Shown: piece by piece, positions 26,485 to 28,822 of the stretch | How positions within the stretch are numbered: the stretch's first letter is position 1 | How the letters are laid out: each line of letters begins with the position of its first letter | Origin: Oscillospiraceae bacterium | GTDB taxonomy: Bacteria; Bacillota; Clostridia; Oscillospirales; Acutalibacteraceae | Length of the DNA: 28,822 bases | Assembly (NCBI GenBank): GCA_902766855.1 | Contig: CACXFE010000212.1 | Span: 1-28,822 of the forward strand | Direction: 5' to 3' | Notes under the pieces: generated by a model | Database searches by the model: none | Seen by the model: only the letters and a program-made list of their open reading frames with translations | Told to the model about the DNA's origin: nothing | Program-made: the position numbers and the translations under genes

Positions 26485-26949
26485 ATGGATAAACTTGATG
26501 CAGAAAAAATGCTTTGCTTTATAGAAAAATATGAGGCAATTAGTCGTAATAACCTTGCTTTAAATATTAGAAATGCAATGAAAAAAATTACAACAACACA
26601 TAAATTGCAGGAATATTGGTTAGCGGAACTTTGCGGCACAAAAAGAGATTCTGTATATGCTTGGCTAGGACCGAGTAGGACGCTTAAAGCACCGTTAAAG
26701 GTAGTGGTTTTACTTTCTTTGAAATTAAATATACCAATTGATAAATTATTAGAAATCACAGACCAAAGTTCGGACGAATTAAGACATGGAGCTGTTCAAA
26801 AAATTTCTAATGCAACAAGGATAATAGAATACCACAATAAATACCCTGAAAAATCTTTTAAAGAAATAGCAGAATATTTGAGAATTTCAGAAAATACGGT
26901 GCGAAGACATTTGAAAATATATTCTGAAAGGAAAAATGATATTTTATGA
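26485..26949 (+). CDS. Transcriptional regulator with two HTH domains (XRE-like plus C-terminal HTH), 154 aa
   Basis: LQEYWLAELCGTKRDSVYAWL...LSLKLNIPIDKLL and SFKEIAEYLRISENTVRRHL. ATG 26485 fits the RBS spacing better than 26476. Confidence 0.7.
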   Translation: MDKLDAEKMLCFIEKYEAISRNNLALNIRNAMKKITTTHKLQEYWLAELCGTKRDSVYAWLGPSRTLKAPLKVVVLLSLKLNIPIDKLLEITDQSSDELRHGAVQKISNATRIIEYHNKYPEKSFKEIAEYLRISENTVRRHLKIYSERKNDIL

Positions 26950-27365
26950 AATCGATTCTTGATGAACTTAAAACCGAATGTCCGTTTTCTGATATTTTGG
27001 AAGATAAAGAGTTGGTTGACGGTCATATTGTTTTTAAAAAGAAATTTATGCATATAAGGGCGGATTTTGACGGCTATCGTTGGCAGAACACCATTTGGCC
27101 GTATAACAACAGAACCTGCCCCGAAGGCGTAGATGCAAAGGAAATCGACGAGGTTTATTCCCGTCTTGTAAGTTCTAATGGTTTTGAAACCCTAAAAGAT
27201 ATGACAGAGTTTTGTTATCAGCATCCCGAAGCTAAGGTCAACGAACATAGCGATCAGGAATATAACTTTTATTTTGTGGGTAAAACATGCAATTTTTGGA
27301 TTCGCTTAATTACCCGCCGAGGTGACTATAACATTTACCTTCACGCTTTTGAAAAGGATGTGTAG
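26946..27365 (+). CDS. Hypothetical protein, 139 aa
   Basis: ATGA overlap with the upstream gene. Confidence 0.75.
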   Translation: MKSILDELKTECPFSDILEDKELVDGHIVFKKKFMHIRADFDGYRWQNTIWPYNNRTCPEGVDAKEIDEVYSRLVSSNGFETLKDMTEFCYQHPEAKVNEHSDQEYNFYFVGKTCNFWIRLITRRGDYNIYLHAFEKDV

Positions 27366-27367
27366 TT

Positions 27368-27580
27368 TTGGAAAATAAAATTCGGCATGCTGAAAAAGGT
27401 GTTTCTTACTGCAAAAGTATAAAAGATGCCATAAATGGTCTCTGTTCAATGATGGATATTGCTGATGATACTTTTGGAGAAACCGATAGAATCACAGATT
27501 ATAAAAGTATTTTTAGTAAAGCTGATGCTTGGGAAAAGCAATATGAAAATTATATTAAAAAGGCAGGAAATAGCAAATGA
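27368..27580 (+). CDS. Small hypothetical protein, 70 aa
   Basis: TTG start 9 nt after AAAGGA; ATGA overlap with the next gene. Confidence 0.6.
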   Translation: MENKIRHAEKGVSYCKSIKDAINGLCSMMDIADDTFGETDRITDYKSIFSKADAWEKQYENYIKKAGNSK

Positions 27581-28446
27581 TTATAAATAAGCAAGGTGCT
27601 AAATATGATGCTGACGGCAAAATTTTTGTTGTTGGTGAGCCGATATATGTAACTGATGATAGTGATTATAAAGGCTTATTCGGTATAGTAACCGAAATCA
27701 GAGATGGTAAGGATAAGGAAACAGATAATGATACAGTAGATATTTACTGTACTTTGGACGAACCTGTTTTGCCGTTTGATAAAGAACAATTAGAGGGTCG
27801 TTTTTCTCAACTTTATGGAAATAAAATTACTTTAGAAAACATTGCCCTTGATTATGTCATTCTTTCTCCCGATATGTTAACGCCTGTAAAATCAGATGAA
27901 GAAAATACAGATAAAATTGAACTGTATATTGTTCAGGAGGAATACTTCGATGATGAATTCGGTGTAAATAATTATTACTTTACCGACTACATATTGGCAA
28001 AGCAAAAATTAAATGAAATAGTCGCAGAAGATTTTCGAAACGGTTGTGTAAAGGATTGGCAGGAATATAAGGAATTTAAGTTTGAGAGTGGTAAGGATTA
28101 CTACGAGGCTTGGATAGACGGACGCCACTGTGAGAAGCATTATACTGCACAGATTTTTCATGAATTCCTTTGTTTATCTAAAGATACTTTTGAAACGATT
28201 GGTGAAGCTTATATCAACGAATGCTTGCGAGCTGTGTTTATAGATCGAACGGCGCGATTGGATGGTCTTGATGCTTTAGATGAAGGTGATTATGAAAAGT
28301 TGATTAACTCTAACGAATTGCCAAATATAATCAAAGGAAAATTAGTAAACGACAATTCGTTTTTTCAGAAATTTTGTGAAGTTTTCTCAAATGTCAGTTT
28401 TGAAATCGTTAAAGAAATAGGTGTAGTTGAAAATGAAAAGAAATAA
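27577..28446 (+). CDS. Acidic hypothetical protein with an N-terminal KOW/SH3-like motif, 289 aa
   Basis: FVVGEPIYVTDDSDYKGLFGIVTEIRD near the N-terminus; coupled to the upstream gene. Confidence 0.7.
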   Translation: MIINKQGAKYDADGKIFVVGEPIYVTDDSDYKGLFGIVTEIRDGKDKETDNDTVDIYCTLDEPVLPFDKEQLEGRFSQLYGNKITLENIALDYVILSPDMLTPVKSDEENTDKIELYIVQEEYFDDEFGVNNYYFTDYILAKQKLNEIVAEDFRNGCVKDWQEYKEFKFESGKDYYEAWIDGRHCEKHYTAQIFHEFLCLSKDTFETIGEAYINECLRAVFIDRTARLDGLDALDEGDYEKLINSNELPNIIKGKLVNDNSFFQKFCEVFSNVSFEIVKEIGVVENEKK

Positions 28447-28738
28447 AACAAAAGGCATTTTAAAAAGCGGTAAAATTTACAGCGCTCAGGCATATCTCGA
28501 ATTGGTGTTGGGTGAGGCATATATACTCGACCATCAAAAACCGGTGCTTTCTCAAATTGAAAGGCTGTTAATATTCAATCGTAAGCCATATGGCAGTTTT
28601 AAACTCGAAGATACGCAAAAAGCTCTTAATCACAAAGGTAATTATGTACTTGTAAATTGCTGTGATTTAACGGAAGATTTAATGCCATACGAAGAATATC
28701 GTTGGTTTAGAGTTCCTGAAGGTTTCAGCGAAATTTAA
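28433..28738 (+). CDS. Hypothetical protein, 101 aa
   Basis: RBS TAGGTG is better spaced to ATG 28433 than to TTG 28427. Overlaps the upstream stop. Confidence 0.65.
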   Translation: MKRNKTKGILKSGKIYSAQAYLELVLGEAYILDHQKPVLSQIERLLIFNRKPYGSFKLEDTQKALNHKGNYVLVNCCDLTEDLMPYEEYRWFRVPEGFSEI

Positions 28739-28747
28739 AATAAAACC

Positions 28748-28797
28748 TGCCAATAAAAGTCAAGAGTAAATTTTGAGCAAAACAATTTTTGTTGGCA
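28748..28797. repeat. Inverted repeat after the last gene (hairpin or operator)
   Basis: TGCCAATAAAA/TTTTGTTGGCA, 11 bp with one G-U pair, plus an inner TCAAGA/TTTTGA helix. Confidence 0.45.
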
Positions 28798-28822
28798 TAG
28801 AAATTTAGGCATGACGAAAAAA

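Larger units (their letters stand above)
15004..28822. mobile_element. Integrated element (ICE/IME- or prophage-like), one end only; it continues beyond the window
   Basis: Abrupt drop in GC at the ychF 5' end, a tyrosine integrase plus excisionase at the boundary, and an operon of mobile-element-type genes. No relaxase, T4SS or capsid gene is in the window. Confidence 0.9.

Noticed and set aside
26831-26837. ACCACAA half-site inside the dual-HTH gene
   Set aside because: Only a half-site, in coding sequence, with no partner.
4349-28427. Longer ORF-track starts (4349, 5592, 10188, 11702, 13201, 19281, 20162, 20980, 22287, 26476, 28427)
   Set aside because: Downstream starts fit RBS spacing, ATGA coupling or family N-termini better.
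28735-28763. Minus-strand TTGACT as an antisense promoter
   Set aside because: No acceptable -10 at 16-18 bp spacing.
1-28822. CRISPR array, tRNA/rRNA genes, IS element, oriT/relaxase
   Set aside because: No repeat-spacer periodicity, cloverleaf, transposase or relaxase motif was seen by eye.

Overview
The window has two parts. Bases 1 to ~15,040 are host chromosome (about mid-50s % GC by eye; gene content suggests a Clostridia/Oscillospiraceae-like Firmicute). They hold two convergent operons sharing one bidirectional terminator. The + strand operon is a complete Phe/Tyr pathway: aminotransferase-pheA-aroB-aroC-aroE::aroK-aroQ-aroA-tyrA-aroF. The - strand operon is ychF-Zn peptidase-membrane protein-alr-glpK-alpha/beta hydrolase. 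From ~15,004 to the window end lies one end of an AT-rich integrated element (about mid-30s % GC by eye), apparently inserted in the 5' end of ychF. It carries leftward xis-int and a rightward ~11 kb operon: membrane protein, DUF932-like protein, Cys4 SSB-like protein, sigma-70-like factor, several small proteins, an N6-MTase/SNF2-helicase fusion, a dual-HTH regulator and hypotheticals. No relaxase, T4SS or capsid gene is in the window, so ICE vs IME vs prophage is not settled. The most interesting signal is non-coding, in the xis/operon intergenic region. A near-consensus sigma-A promoter carries two sites matching the host NrdR-box consensus. It drives a ~345-nt structured leader that ends in a strong intrinsic terminator before the first gene, and more terminators lie inside the operon. 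A boxA-like structured leader faces xis-int. This suggests, by inference, a mobile element switched by the host dNTP sensor NrdR plus an antitermination step. All family assignments come from motif recognition; no database search was run.
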